Origin: the human T2T-CHM13v2.0 reference genome, Homo sapiens | Strand: one strand, 5' to 3' | Length of the DNA stretch: 64,000 nt | Assembly: GCF_009914755.1 (NCBI RefSeq) | Contig: NC_060947.1 | Part shown: piece after piece, positions 34,276 through 58,515 of the stretch | Layout of the letters: each line of letters begins with the position of its first letter | How positions within the stretch are numbered: position 1 is the stretch's first letter | Made by a program: the position numbers and the translations under genes | The notes under the pieces: model-generated | What the model was told of the DNA's origin: nothing | What the model saw: the letters and a program-made list of their open reading frames with translations, nothing else | Database searches by the model: none

Positions 34276-36977
34276 TTGGCATGAATGTCCTGCCAGGCAA
34301 TAAACTCTCAACATTGGGGTTCGTTTTTTCTTACTGAACACAAACACACAAGTTAACATGTAATATTAGAGTATGTGCCCTTATTTAATAGTAACTAACA
34401 CATCACAATTGTATATTATTACCAGTAAGCCTATTAAACAATACTTCCGGCATGTAGTTTTTATACTGGCCTCTTTTCTAGGTTTTTGCAATATTTCTTA
34501 AAGAGAGATACCCCTGGGAAAGTGGCTCTTGAGTGTTAACATTACTGGGACCAAATTTATTAGCTGCTATGTGTTTCTGTTAGAGAAAGTGCTGGAACCA
34601 TGTAAAGCTTTCGGGGAAGGAAAAAATCAGAGGTGCATAAAAAAAGAGTAGAGGATGTGAAAAGTAGCTAAAATAAAAATATATACTAACAGTTCAAAAC
34701 AGATAAAAAAGGTGGGTTTTCAGACTAGAAATAAATATTTAGAGGGCAAGCATTAGAGAAATGATAGGGAACTCCGGTTTCCTTCTGTTTTACATTCTCT
34801 TAGGAAAATATGGTAAATATATGGAATGCATATATCTACCATACTTCCTGTGCCCATGACAGACATCAGTAACTGACTGTGCTGGCATGTCCAGCTCAAA
34901 TGACACAACCTAAGAATCCTTCTATATAGAGACTCCAATCTTCTACCACTAATCAAGAGGAGTTGGGAAACAAGTTTCTCAATGGATGTGTTGAGGCCTA
35001 TTTGAAGGATGGGTGGGCAACACCCATCTCTAGGTATACGATATGATTGACTCAGGTACATCAGATTAGGATGTTTTTGTTTTTGTTTTTAGCTAAGTCT
35101 TGGTCAAGAGAATCCAGGTACTACTCATTGCAACTCCAAACTGCTTCCAAATCAGAGTTCTACCTGAATGTGAAGTAAGGGAATAACATGGAGATGAAGT
35201 TCCTCTACTACATTTTATCCATTCAGCATTTTATCATCATCAACATGATACATACGAGGCATCAGAAGTCCTAGATTAAGAGAATTCCAAGATGATGAAA
35301 GAAGTCTCATAATTCATATGGTTAACCTACAATTCTGCCCCTATTTTTCACATTGACTACATCAATAACTAATCTACCTAATAAAATTTTAACTGTGGCA
35401 TTCTAGGATTTAAAATGCTATCTGATTCTACTTATCCTGTAATATCCCTACACAATCTAGTCTTATAATATCATGTGACAAGAAGATCGAAGCACAGGGG
35501 AACTGTATTTCTACCCAATTCTAAGGAAAGCTAGTTCCTGATAAAGCCAACTATCCCTGTAAGAAGTGGAACTACTAGCATCAGGCTTGCCTACATGGCT
35601 TGTGGCATTACCACACAGGAACTTGGCACTCCATGATGGTATGGTTCAACCACCATAAATGAGATTAGCTGAAGCAAACTGGAGTGGGGAGTAATTATTG
35701 GAACACTTCAAATTCCACATCACTTATGTAATGGGCAGCCAAAACTGCCAGTAGTCAATCCATAAGGCTAGAATATCTGGGGCATAAGAGTTCAGCCTAT
35801 CCTGAGAGTCCCTCTAGGCAGAAAACTTTGTAGTGTTTGGTAACTCAGAAAAGGCAGTACTATATAACAGATATAGAACCACTCATGGACCACCACCCCA
35901 GAACGCATAGAATATATGAAGAGAGCTACTACCCAAATCGTCCACTCTACATCCAAGAAAAGAGAAACCTCTCTCAAATGTTGTGGCTCCACCATAGTGC
36001 CAAACCAGTATGCTACTATAATTCCTTCAAAAACCTGCAATACAGCCTGAAGACTTCTGGAGGCTCTGCATTCAATGTCTGTGCCACCTACCTTTGGACT
36101 AAATGAAGTAATTCAACTATCAATAACTATACCCAGTTTTTAGTCTTAATCCCTAAAAACTCCTGCAGCAGTATGATGATGAAATTTGGGTTGTGGCAGA
36201 CGCAATCATCAAGGTGGAATACTTTGTCTCTTGCATTAGGCCTCCATTTCCACTGGAGCCCTTCTTCAAATAGTATTCCATATATAAAAGCTACTCAGTC
36301 TCTTGATATCTCTATACAGCCTCCAGTTTATAACTTAGCTCTGGTAACCACTTGTCCTACAACTATATTTTTAGGTTCACTTCCTTACCATCTAACACAT
36401 GAAGATATTTGGCCAGATAGAGTATCTACACTGTTAAATCTCCAGCAGACAAGTTGAATGTCCTATCCACCTTTTCACTGTAATTTGTCTAGACTAATTG
36501 TATATTCTCCAACCAGAATACCCAGTTGCCCAGCAACCATGGTTTCTACCCTTCATTACTTATTTGTACCACTGAGCCTACCCACCACCACCACTAGCCT
36601 CAATACTATTATTAGCTATTCACTACCTAAAAAGTTACCAACAGGTTCTTTAAACATATCTGCCAGCTACCTTCCAACAATCTAAAAAACAATACAGGCA
36701 TATGATGAGGTGGGAAATTATCCCAATAAGAAGTTTTGTCTAGCTTTCCACTTAACAGGAATAAGCCATCTGCTTTGCTGAATGCCAGAGATTCACTATT
36801 CAGGACAAAGAAGCCTTCAACCCTTTCACACTCTAGTTTCAATTATCTCTGTCCCCTTAGATCCAGCCTAGCTTCCATAACTTCCTGCTTTGCCTGACCC
36901 ATCAATGCTTTGCCTTTTACCCCACAGTACTACGCCCATTCCCATTAACACAAAATGGGGCACTGAAGCACAAAGTA

Positions 36978-37197
36978 CAAGTTGAGCCTCCCAAATCCCA
37001 AATCTAACATGCTCCCAAATCTGAAACTTTTTGGGCACCAATATAACACTAAATGCTCATTGGAACATTTTGGATTTCAGAACTTTGGGTTTGAGATCCA
37101 GTAAATATAATATAATACAAATATTTCAAAATCTGAGGGAAAAAAACAAATTTGCCAGACTGGTCCCAAGCATTTTGCATAAGGGATACTCAACCTA
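36978..37197. mobile_element. Tigger4a/MER46A-like TcMar MITE
   Basis: TIRs caagttgagcctccc / gggatactcaaccta, TA on both flanks, internal aaatgctcattggaacattttggatttcag. Confidence 0.85.
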
Positions 37198-37359
37198 TAT
37201 ACTCTTCTTCATTTCTGTCATCTTCTTGGCTTCTGACTCTTGGCCTCTATACACCAGTGCTGACACTAGAATTTGGCCTTCTTCAATTTTATATACCTCT
37301 AGGACCTTGGCATTCTTACAATGCTGGTGGCTTTGCTCACACATTCACTTGTTTCTAAT

Positions 37360-38200
37360 TGTATTCATTTCATTTATGTGAGCAATATATGAATTATTTA
37401 AAATTCAAACACTTCAGATAAAATCCTCCTTGACCAACATCTCCAATCCCAATCCCTCCTCCAGAAATAACTACTGTTACATTTAAAAGGTATATAACTT
37501 TGCCAAGTATCCTTCCAAACCTTTCTTTATATACATACATACTTATATACATACTTACATATGTACCTCTATAAATTTGGTCAATGTGTGAGGTTATATT
37601 TATTTATTTTTATATAAATGGCAACATTCTGAACATACTGCTCTTCAATTTTTTAACCTCCTTATGGTGTCTTGGATATCTTTCTATACTACACAATAGC
37701 TTTACATTTTGCATATGACTCAGATTATGAAGGTACCAGTTTGTTTAACAATTTTCCTATCTATGGGCATTTACATTTTCTCTACTGTTTTCATTATTGC
37801 AGTGTAACAATAGTGAAAGAACATCCACATACATATCTTATTGTGAACATTTTAAATTTATTATCCAGTGCCAATATTAAAAACTGAAACCATTGTGTCA
37901 TATAGAATATTATTTAAAATGTTAATAGGTATCTCACTCCCACTTATAAGTGATGGGATCATTGGGATCCCAAGCCTCAGTGTCACATAATATACACACT
38001 AACAAACCTTCATGTGTACCCTTTAATCTATGAAAAATAGTTGAAACTATAAAATAAAATAGACACTGCCAAAATGTACCACAAAATACAGCTGTAGTAA
38101 TTCACACTCCTGCCAGTAGTATATCAGAATATCTGTTTTCCCAGACTCTCCCCATACATGGTATTGTCAAACTTTTTTTAATTCAAAAAGGTTTAATTAT
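37360..38200 (-). mobile_element. old L1ME-like fragment with a small nested + L1 3' piece (about 37930-38060)
   Basis: cctatctatgggcatttacattttctc and aattcacactcctgccagtagtatatcagaat. Confidence 0.55.
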
Positions 38201-38209
38201 AAAATGTTG

Positions 38210-39240
38210 TTTTTTAAAATTTAATTTTTAAATTTTGAATAATTATACATATTCATAGCATACCTAATGAAGTTTCAATACATACAATGTATAGTGATTA
38301 GGTATAGGGTAATTATATTAGGGTAATTAGCATATCCATAATCTCAAACATTTATTTATTTCTGTGTTGGGGACATTCAATAATCTCCTTCTAGCTGTTT
38401 GAAACTATGTATTATTGTTAACTATAGTCATCCTACAATGGTATAGAGAACTAGGACTCATTCCTCCTATCTAGCTAGAATTTTGTATCTTTTTTCCTAC
38501 CATTCTGGACATAGGCCCTGGCAAATATTTCATTATGAAAATGTCAAAAGCAATTGCAACAACAAAAATTGACAAATGGGACCCAATTAAATGAAAGTGC
38601 TGCAGTGAACATGTGATTGCATGTGTCCTTTTGTTAGAAACATTTATTTTCTTTTGGATCTATACCTAGCAATGGGATTGCTGAGTCAACTTGTAGTTCT
38701 TTTTTAAGTTATTTGAGAAATCTCCGAACTGCTTTCCACAATGGCTGAACTAATTTACATTCTCACCAAAAATATATAAGCATTCTCTTCTCTTTACAGC
38801 CTCTCAAGCATCTGTTGTTTTTTGACTTCGACAATAGCCATTCTGACTGCTGTGAGATAATATCTCACTCTGGTTTTGATCTGCATTTCTCTAATGATCA
38901 ATGACAGTGAGTTTTTTTTCATATGCTTGTTGGCCATATGTATGTTTTCTTTTGAAAAGTGTCCATTCATCTATTTTACCCGTTTTTAATGGGGTCATTT
39001 ATTTTTTGCTTGTTCAATTATTTAAGTTCCTTGTACATTCTAGATATTATACCTTTGTCGTATGCATAGTTTGTGAATATTTTCTCTCATTCTATAGGTT
39101 GTCTATTTACTCTGTTGATAGTTTCTCTTGCTGTGCAGAAGCTCTTTAGTTTAATTAGGCCCCACTTGTCGATTTTTGGTTTTGCAACTGCTTTTGAGGA
39201 CTTACTCATAAATTGTTTCCCAAGGCCAATGTCCAGAATA
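38210..39240 (-). mobile_element. L1MA/PB-type fragments with a short plus-oriented ORF2 piece (38498-38597)
   Basis: L1MA 3'UTR in reverse at 38210-38495; ORF2 in reverse at 38598-39240. Confidence 0.8.
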
Positions 39241-39494
39241 ATTCAACATCATTTTTAAATAGTCCATCGTTTTTTCATTGATTTGAACTGCCAACTTACA
39301 GTAAATTCCCATATAAACATGCATCTATTTCTGGACTTGCTGTTCTGTTCTCTAATAATATATATTTTTAATCCCCTTTGTATCTTTGGTCATGTCTACC
39401 ATTTTATTCTTAAAGTTGTTTAGCTGTGTCCTCTATTTTTATTTTTCAAACACTCTTGTCAAAACCTTGTCTATTTTATTGGTGTGTTTATAAA

Positions 39495-39870
39495 AAGGCT
39501 AAGTCTGTTTTGTGCTGCCATAATACCACAAACTGGGGAGTTTATAATTAACAGAAATGTATTGGCTCACAGTTCTTGAGGCTGGGGAAGTTCAAAATTG
39601 AGAGCCAACATCTAAAAAGGGCCTTCTTGCTGTGTCTTCCCTTGGTGAAACATGGTAAATCAAGAGAATCAGAGAGAGAGAGAACCAAAATGGGGTTGGA
39701 CTTGTCCTTTTAAAAGAAATCTACTCTTGCAAATAGTGACATTAATCCATTCATAAGGGCAGAGCTCTCATGGCCTAAAAACCCTTAAAGGTCCTCCTCT
39801 TAATACTATTACAATAGCAAGCAAATTCAAACATGGGTTTGGTTGGGGACAAACATTAAAACCATATAAA
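39495..39870 (-). mobile_element. MaLR LTR (MST/MLT1A-like)
   Basis: aacagaaatgtattggctcacagttcttgaggctggggaagttc...gggcagagctctcatggcctaa...ggggacaaacattaaaccata. Confidence 0.85.
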
Positions 39871-41089
39871 TAGCTTTTGGTCTTATTGATCAACTCCATG
39901 GCTTATTTATGTTTTATATTTTATTAATCTCTACCAAATACAATAATTCCCTCTTCCTACTTCCTGTTCCTTCAATTTTAAAAATTCCTTGTTATGTATG
40001 GTGAAAAGTTCCACTCCAAACTCTGGGGCCACTGGAACCCCATCCCACAGACAACAGATTTCAAAAAAGACTATAACATTTTAGCAACATTAGCAAAATG
40101 TTACTGTTGTGTCATATATTCAACTCAAAGAGCCAGTTGCTATCCAGCACTATGCTTAGCCCATGAATAAGCAGGAGGTCGTACAGGAGACTCAAGAACA
40201 AAGATTATTTAGCAAAGAATCATGATTGGCATTATCCATTCCCTATAACAGCTAAGATATGAGTTAGTGAAGTCTGTATGCCCAGAAATCTCCCAATACT
40301 GTAGGTTATATGGTGGAAAATTATGTTGTTAGGAGAAAAGGAAAAATTCAAGGTGTGGTAGGTCATGAAGAATGCAATAGTAACATCGATTATTATGTAA
40401 TTTTTCTGGGCCTCTTCTCCATCTGCTAAATGAGTTGATTCCTTCTATTCTCATCCGGATGTAAAACTGTAAGCTTTCTGGCCTGGGAAGAGGGATTATA
40501 TGACTATTTTGATGATCCTTTATTTCTAGTATATTTCTTGGCATGCAATAGGTTTTCAATGATCATCCACAGAATAAATGAATGAATGAATAAATGAATA
40601 AAGTTTTCTAAGCCTTTGAGATACTTTTCAAGGCTGATAAATCATGGCATGTTGATGAAGGGAAATTATTGGACGTTGTATACCCTGTAAAACCTAGTAC
40701 TGTGCCTGGCATATTAGAAGACCTTAATAAATTTGTTGATTAAATAAATGAATGAGTAAATTAATAATAACAGATTCAGGAATGTAACTCATTTTCCAGT
40801 TCTAGTACTTTAATGGCAACACACTTTAAAGAACTTAATATTGTCTCCCCTTCTCTCTCTCTCTTTCACACACACAGCATAATATTATCCTCTGTGGTCA
40901 TTTTGGGTACAGTGCCCTGTGGAATGTAAATTGAGAATACAGCATGGGTTATTTAATTTGGACACTCATACTCCATATAAACATAATTACATTCAGAATG
41001 CAATAGAACTGAAAATGAAAATAAATACACACTGAAGTGTGGCCGTCTAAGGCCTCTTCCTCTTTAATTGTGATCCAGATTGTTTGGAA

Positions 41090-41250
41090 GCTAGAAATGA
41101 GTGAATCAAGGTAGACTTAGGGCAAACAAGAGGAAGTGGTTCTTGACACAGTAGGATGTAAATTCAGGTCCTTGTTCCCCCAGCAAGCTGAACAGGTGGT
41201 GAATATTAATTGTCTCAATAAGAACTAGGAAAAACTTCAGGATGACATTG
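41090..41250 (+). mobile_element. CR1/L3-like LINE 3' fragment
   Basis: ttagggcaaacaagaggaagtggttcttgacacagtagg...aagaactaggaaaaacttcaggatga resembles the CR1 ORF2 C-terminal region. Confidence 0.45.
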
Positions 41251-41509
41251 TTTTCACAGGCGGTTAGGGAAGTTTTAGGTGTGGGAATTATAAAGCATTG
41301 GAGGTAGCACCTGTCTCTACTGGGGCAGTGAGGGAAATCATGAGGCTAATGAGAGGAAGGATGTGAAAAGGTGAAGACACTTCAGAAGTCTTGTCTGAGA
41401 AGGATATGGTATACAGTTTACCTCATTTCATTTTAGTATTGATATATTCAAATTTCTCAATCATTTTCTCTATGACTTTTTGTGGCTTTGTCTTGAAAAA
41501 TGATTTTTT

Positions 41510-42170
41510 TTCTTGTTAGAGCACTTACTATGGGCTAGGGACAGTGTGTGGAACTGGGGATGGATAAAGAGGCAAAAGGCATGGCCAGTACCTTCACATA
41601 CTCACAGTCTACTTGGGTGACAGACATGTCAACAAATTATTACAATATAGTGTGTTCATGTAAACATGGAAGTATGTACAAAACAGAAATAGTAGAGGAA
41701 AGTAATAAACTGTCTGAGGGGGTAAGAAAATATTTCAAAGAGTAAGTTATGGCATGAATAAGGACAAACAGGAATTTACTAGGCAAACCAGGTGAGGACA
41801 AGGCATTATAGAAAAGAGAAACAGTAGGGTCAAAGGAACAGAAACACAAAATAGCAGGTATCTTCAGGGAATTGCAAAGGTCAAGGGCAGGTATGATGCC
41901 AAGAGATGGTCAGGACGGGGATATTATCTCGTACCTATAGAACCATTCAAATATTTCAAGTAAGGGAGTTACGTTGTTAGATCCAGGTTTTGGAGAGACC
42001 ATTCTGGCAGCAGTGTGGAGAATAGATCTGGAGGAGTAGGTCGACAGAATCCACTGAGAATGCCATTGTAATAGTTCAGGCAATAGTAATGAGGGCCTGA
42101 AACTAGGCTGTCACAATGGAGACTCAGAAAAAAAGGAAAAATTTAAGAGCTAACGGGAAAATAAAAACAG
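41510..42170 (-). mobile_element. L2 relic
   Basis: gagcacttactatgggctagggacagtg...gagagaccattctggcagcagtgtggagaatagat. Confidence 0.75.
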
Positions 42171-42179
42171 AATTCCACC

Positions 42180-45720
<3,541 letters not shown>

Positions 45721-45734
45721 TTAAAATTGTTAAT

Positions 45735-46655
45735 ATCTAATTAACATTAGAGAATTACAAATTAAAGCAACAATGAAATTCTACTGCACATCTATTAGAA
45801 TGGCACAATACTGACAATGCCAAATGCTATTGAGAATGTAGAGCAACAGAAGCCTTCATTCATTCCTGGTGGGAATGCAAAATGACACAGCCACTGTGGA
45901 AGACAGTTTGGCAGTTTCTTACAAAACTAAACATAGTCTTATTGTATGATCCAGCAATCATACTACTAGATATTTACTGAAATGAATTAAAGATTTATGT
46001 CTACACAAAATCTGCATATGAATATTTGTTATAAATTTATTCATAATCGACAAAAGTTGGAAGCAACCAAGATATCCTTTCAATAAGTGAATGGGTAAAC
46101 AAACTGATAAATCCATACAAGATAATATTATTCAACAATGAAAAGAAATGAACTATTAAGCCTCAAGAAGGCAAGGAGAAATCTTAAATGCATATCGGTA
46201 AGTGAAAGAACCTGGTCTGAAAATGCTACATGCTATATGATTCCAACTATGTGACATTCTCGATAAGACAAAACTATACTGACTGAAAATCAGTGGTCGT
46301 CATGGATAGTAGGAGGATTAAATAGGTGAAACACGGGATTTTTAGAGCAGTGAAACTGTGCTATACTATTATTGTAATAGTAGATACATGGCTTTATGTA
46401 CTTGGCAAGCCTGGTAGAACTGCACAATACAAAGAATGAGCCATAATGTTAACTATGGGCTTAAGTTTAAATGATGTATCAATGTTGATTCATCAATTGT
46501 AACAAATATACCTCAATCAGGCAAGATGTTAATAATAGGGAAACCTGAGAGTGTGGGGCAAGACAATGAGTATATGGAAACTCTGTTCTTTTTGCTCAGT
46601 GTTTTGACAAACCTACAGCTCCTCTAAAAACATAAATCTAGTAGTTAAAAAATCA
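45735..46655 (+). mobile_element. L1MC-type 3' region
   Basis: agccactgtggaagacagtttggcagtttcttacaaaactaaacat...ttcatcaattgtaacaaatatacc. Confidence 0.85.
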
Positions 46656-46779
46656 TTTACAACTAAAAATGTAATTAATTTAGTGTATAAATCAAAGCTT
46701 AATACTGGGCTTGCTACTAGGATGAAAGCTTCATGAAAGTAGTTACTGTGGTAGGGACTGCACCTAGCATAATGCTGGG

Positions 46780-47138
46780 AACAAAATAGCATATCAGGTA
46801 GAATTTGTCAAATCAATAGATAAATTGAGGATTGATGGGATGTAAGAGTTAAGGGATAAGCAGGAATCAAGAATTACAGTCACGTTTTTGGCTTTGGTGA
46901 CTAATTTGGTGACTAAGTTTATATCTGAGGAAAGGGGGAAATGATGAATTCAGTTTCAGAAGAAGTTTTGATGTGCCTGTGAAACATATGATAGGTATTT
47001 TGATATATAGGTCTGGTGTTGGAGAAGCAGCCTGGGCTGTGGACATAAATTTAGTAACCGTCAGCTTCAGGTCTTGGTTTAAGCTAAATAAGGGGATTAA
47101 ATTAGTCAGGAAATAAGTGTAATATAAGAAGGAGAAGA
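46780..47138 (-). mobile_element. L2 relic (appears to resume at about 54420-54545)
   Basis: gatgaattcagtttcagaagaagttttgatgtgcctgtgaaacat...ggacataaattt; continuation gcagtgtcatggcagccaagaaag. Confidence 0.65.
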
Positions 47139-53590
<6,452 letters not shown>

Positions 53591-54420
53591 AAGGAAAACA
53601 TGCTCAACATCACTAATCATTAGAGAAAAGCAAATGAGAACAACAATGAGGTACCATCTTATGCCAGTCAGAATGGCTATTAAAAAGTCAAAAAAACGAC
53701 AGATATTGGCAAGGATGCAGAGAAAAAGGAATGCTTATACACTGGTGGAAATGTAAATTCGCAAAACCTGAACAAAAAACATTATGGAAATTTCTCAAAG
53801 TACTAAATATACAACTACCTATTACTCAGCAATCCCATTACTTGGTATCTTCCAAAAAGAAAATACATCATTGCATTAAAAAGATACCTGCACTTGCATG
53901 TCTATTGCAGCACTATTAAATAGTAAAGACATGGAATCAACCTAAGTGTCCATCAACAGAAGATTGAATAAAGAATGTATGGTATTTATATGCCATGGAA
54001 TACTACTCAGCCATGAAAAAGAATAAAATCATGTCTTTTGCAACAACATGGATGAGACTGGAGGCCATTATCTTAAATAAAATAACTCTGAAAGAGAAAG
54101 TCAAATACCACATGTTCTCACTTATAAGTGGGAGCTAAATATTGTGTACACATGGGCACAGAGAGTGGAATAATAGACAGTGGAGACTCCAAAAAGTGGG
54201 AGGGTGGGAGACGGGTGAGGGATGAGAAATTATCTGTTGGGTACAATGTAAGCCATGCAGCCTTTCAAGTGATGGACACACTAAAAGCCCATACTCTACC
54301 ATTTCTCAATATACCCATGTAACAAAATGCACTTGTGCCCCCTAAATCTACAAAAAAGCTTTTAAAAAGAAAACGGTAAAAAATAATTTAAAAAAAAACA
54401 ATGTACATACATTAAAAAGA
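53591..54420 (+). mobile_element. older L1 (L1PB/MA-like) 3' end
   Basis: atgctcaacatcactaatcattagag...gggtgagggatgagaaattatctgttgggtacaatgta...A-rich tail. Confidence 0.85.
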
Positions 54421-54559
54421 AACAACTTTGTGGGATTTCTATATTGGGGATGGCAAAGACAATAAAGAAAGGGGCTATGATGTTTCACAAAAAGAAATAG
54501 AGAATCAGAAATAAGCAGTGTCATGGCAGCCAAGAAAGGGATCTAGTAAAGTACCGTAG

Positions 54560-54790
54560 TAATTTAAACTAGGGACAGTGTACCTGGGTGGAGTCTTAGC
54601 TCTGCTATTTTTACTGGTTATTTGACATTAAACAAGTTACTTAATCTTAAATCTGCCTGTCTTATATGTAAAGAGAGGACACTAAGAGTACCTACCCCAA
54701 AGGCTATTGTGAAGATTAAATGCATTAATACATACAAAGCACTTAGTACAATATTTTGCACACAAGAAGCACCTAATAATTATTTACTAG
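54560..54790 (+). mobile_element. MIR SINE
   Basis: aacaagttacttaatc...ctattgtgaagattaaatg...aaagcacttagtaca. Confidence 0.7.
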
Positions 54791-55326
54791 TATTGTTCCC
54801 GGAATGAGGGGAAGGATTCTTTGAAAAAGTTTGGCAGTTACTGCAAAGCGAAGGAGACAGAAAAGGTAGGTACATTTTCTGTGTAAATTTATTGAAATCC
54901 ATCCCCTTGTCCTCCCCATTGCCCCAGCTAGGCTCACTCAGGTCCTTATTATCTCTCTCCTGGGCTTGTTGGACATGGAGTGAAGCAAGTAAGACATGGG
55001 TTGAGGAATAGGAAGTAATTGTGTTTACCTGGAGAATTAGGCTAATTAGGGGTCAGGTTGAAGAGGAGTCTTGATTGCCTGGTGGGTCAGTTAAGACTTG
55101 ATCCCATAAGCAATAGAGAGTTCTGTAGAATTTTGGAACAAAAAATAGTATTACAGAATTGTGTTTTAAGGAAAATTATCTTAGTGAAAGAAAGACTAGG
55201 CATGGGAAACTAATTAAGGGGCTTCCCAATAATCCAGGTAGAGATGAATAGTGCCTGACTAAATACTGAAGAAGGAAGAAAATGAAGCAAGAGATGTTGG
55301 GGAAATTGATGAGGTTTTGCAAAATC

Positions 55327-55836
<510 letters not shown>

Positions 55837-56518
55837 GCAAATTCATTTATTATTCAATATCATTGGACACGTATTATATGCCAGGCATATTGAAAGGCAC
55901 TGGGAAAGCAACACTCATTTAAGAAATATTTGTTGTGTATTTATTTGGGTATGAATAAATAAAGTTGGGGTGGACTCTATTGTAAGTACAGTATTAAGAA
56001 CAGAGAATACTTTTAGAATCCTAGCAGACCAAAACAGAAAAGGCTCATGGAGATCCTCCCATATTAACCAATCTCCTTCCAATTTCATAAACTGAGACCA
56101 CAGAGAGGTCAAGTGACTTGTCACAGAACTAATACAAAGGCAAAGCTTTAAATGTGAAACAGGTCTGATCTGATTTCCAGTCCAGTGCTCGGATTACTAC
56201 TTCCAGATCTGAAGCTGGAAGGTGTTAATCAGGAAGACTACAGAGATGGAGATGGCAAGTATGAACAGCAAGAAACTGAGGGATCGGAAGAGGACGTCTT
56301 AAACTGGGGTTGTGTTTTTCTACATTCAGAACCCCAGAGTTTTGCAAACATTACAGCTAAAAAAAAAAAAAAAAAAGAAAAGAAAAAGGCAACATGAAAA
56401 AGACAACATTAGAAGGTCAAGGAATGGTGAATTGTAAGATGTGCATGCTAAAGCAGTGTATCCAGTCTTCGAAGGAAGTAGGTCAGGTTAGAAAGTTGTG
56501 ATTTCTCCAGTGATTCTT

Positions 56519-57682
<1,164 letters not shown>

Positions 57683-57699
57683 TTTCCCTAGGACCACAG

Positions 57700-58240
57700 T
57701 CAGGGAGGAAAAAGATGTACTCCAGCGACCTCTGCTGAATTCCAAAGGCTGCGGCCATAGTTCCTGGTGACGCAGACAGTCTGATAAAAAACTAAAATGG
57801 CGGTGTCGCCCGTACACGTCGTGCAGCAGAGCATGACGGAAAGGACTCTGCTGGAACGACTGGCGGCACAGACTTAAGGCCGGACTCCACTCCCCACCCT
57901 CTGTAGTTGGGGCTTCATACCCCTGAGCTATGATGGCACCTTATTGTGAAAACGCCCTGAAAGTGCGAAGAGGTCTCTAAGCCACAGGTGTGGCGATGTT
58001 GTTGTCATTACCAGGGACATTCCAGTAGGCGGCGATAGAGGGCAGTATGAGTGCCGCAACCACGCCCTACTTTTTCTAGAGCTGGGTTGTTAAATGATAG
58101 GGTTTGATAGGGTTTGAGGCCGAGTCAGAGTTTAAGAATGGTGGAATTTAAACTTTAAAGCTAGGAGTTTTCATCTGAGATTCCTACCGGAAATACACAA
58201 GGGTTTGTAGCAGTGGTGAAGGTCAGGAAGTGAATTCCTT
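57700..58240. promoter_or_regulatory. small CpG-rich regulatory element with YY1, CRE/ATF, CTCF-like and ETS motifs
   Basis: About 19 CpG in 57721-58070 by hand count; AAAATGGCGG 57794-57803; GTGACGCA 57767-57774; CCAGTAGGCGGCGA 58022-58035 overlapping CGATAGAGGGCAGTA 58033-58047; ACCGGAAAT and CAGGAAGTG near 58187 and 58223. Confidence 0.65.
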
Positions 58241-58374
58241 GAAATAGTATATAAAAATAAAAACGTAAATTTCTCTGCACTTGTAGGGAGAGAAGGTCCA
58301 TAGCTTTCATCAAAGAATTTGGTGAATCCTTGCCTTAGGGGTTGGGGCTCCGGGCCAGGGACAACATAGTATAA

Positions 58375-58510
58375 CAATAATGCAGAACTGTAGAGCCAGA
58401 CTTTCTGGTTTCACATCTTTACCTCTCTAAATCCTTCCTATGTCATCTTAGGCAATGCACTTAACCTGTTTCAGACTCAGTTTCTTTATCTATAAAATGA
58501 AGATAACAGC
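58375..58510 (+). mobile_element. MIR SINE
   Basis: tagagccagactttctggtttc...actcagtttctttatctataaaatga. Confidence 0.75.
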
Positions 58511-58515
58511 TGTGC

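Noticed and set aside
56185-56397. Acidic 70-aa ORF
   Set aside because: Non-ATG start, ends in poly(A)-encoded lysines, no homology recognised.
58097-58117. Direct repeat gatagggttt x2 (telomere-like)
   Set aside because: A simple 10-bp slippage duplication, not a (TTAGGG)n array.
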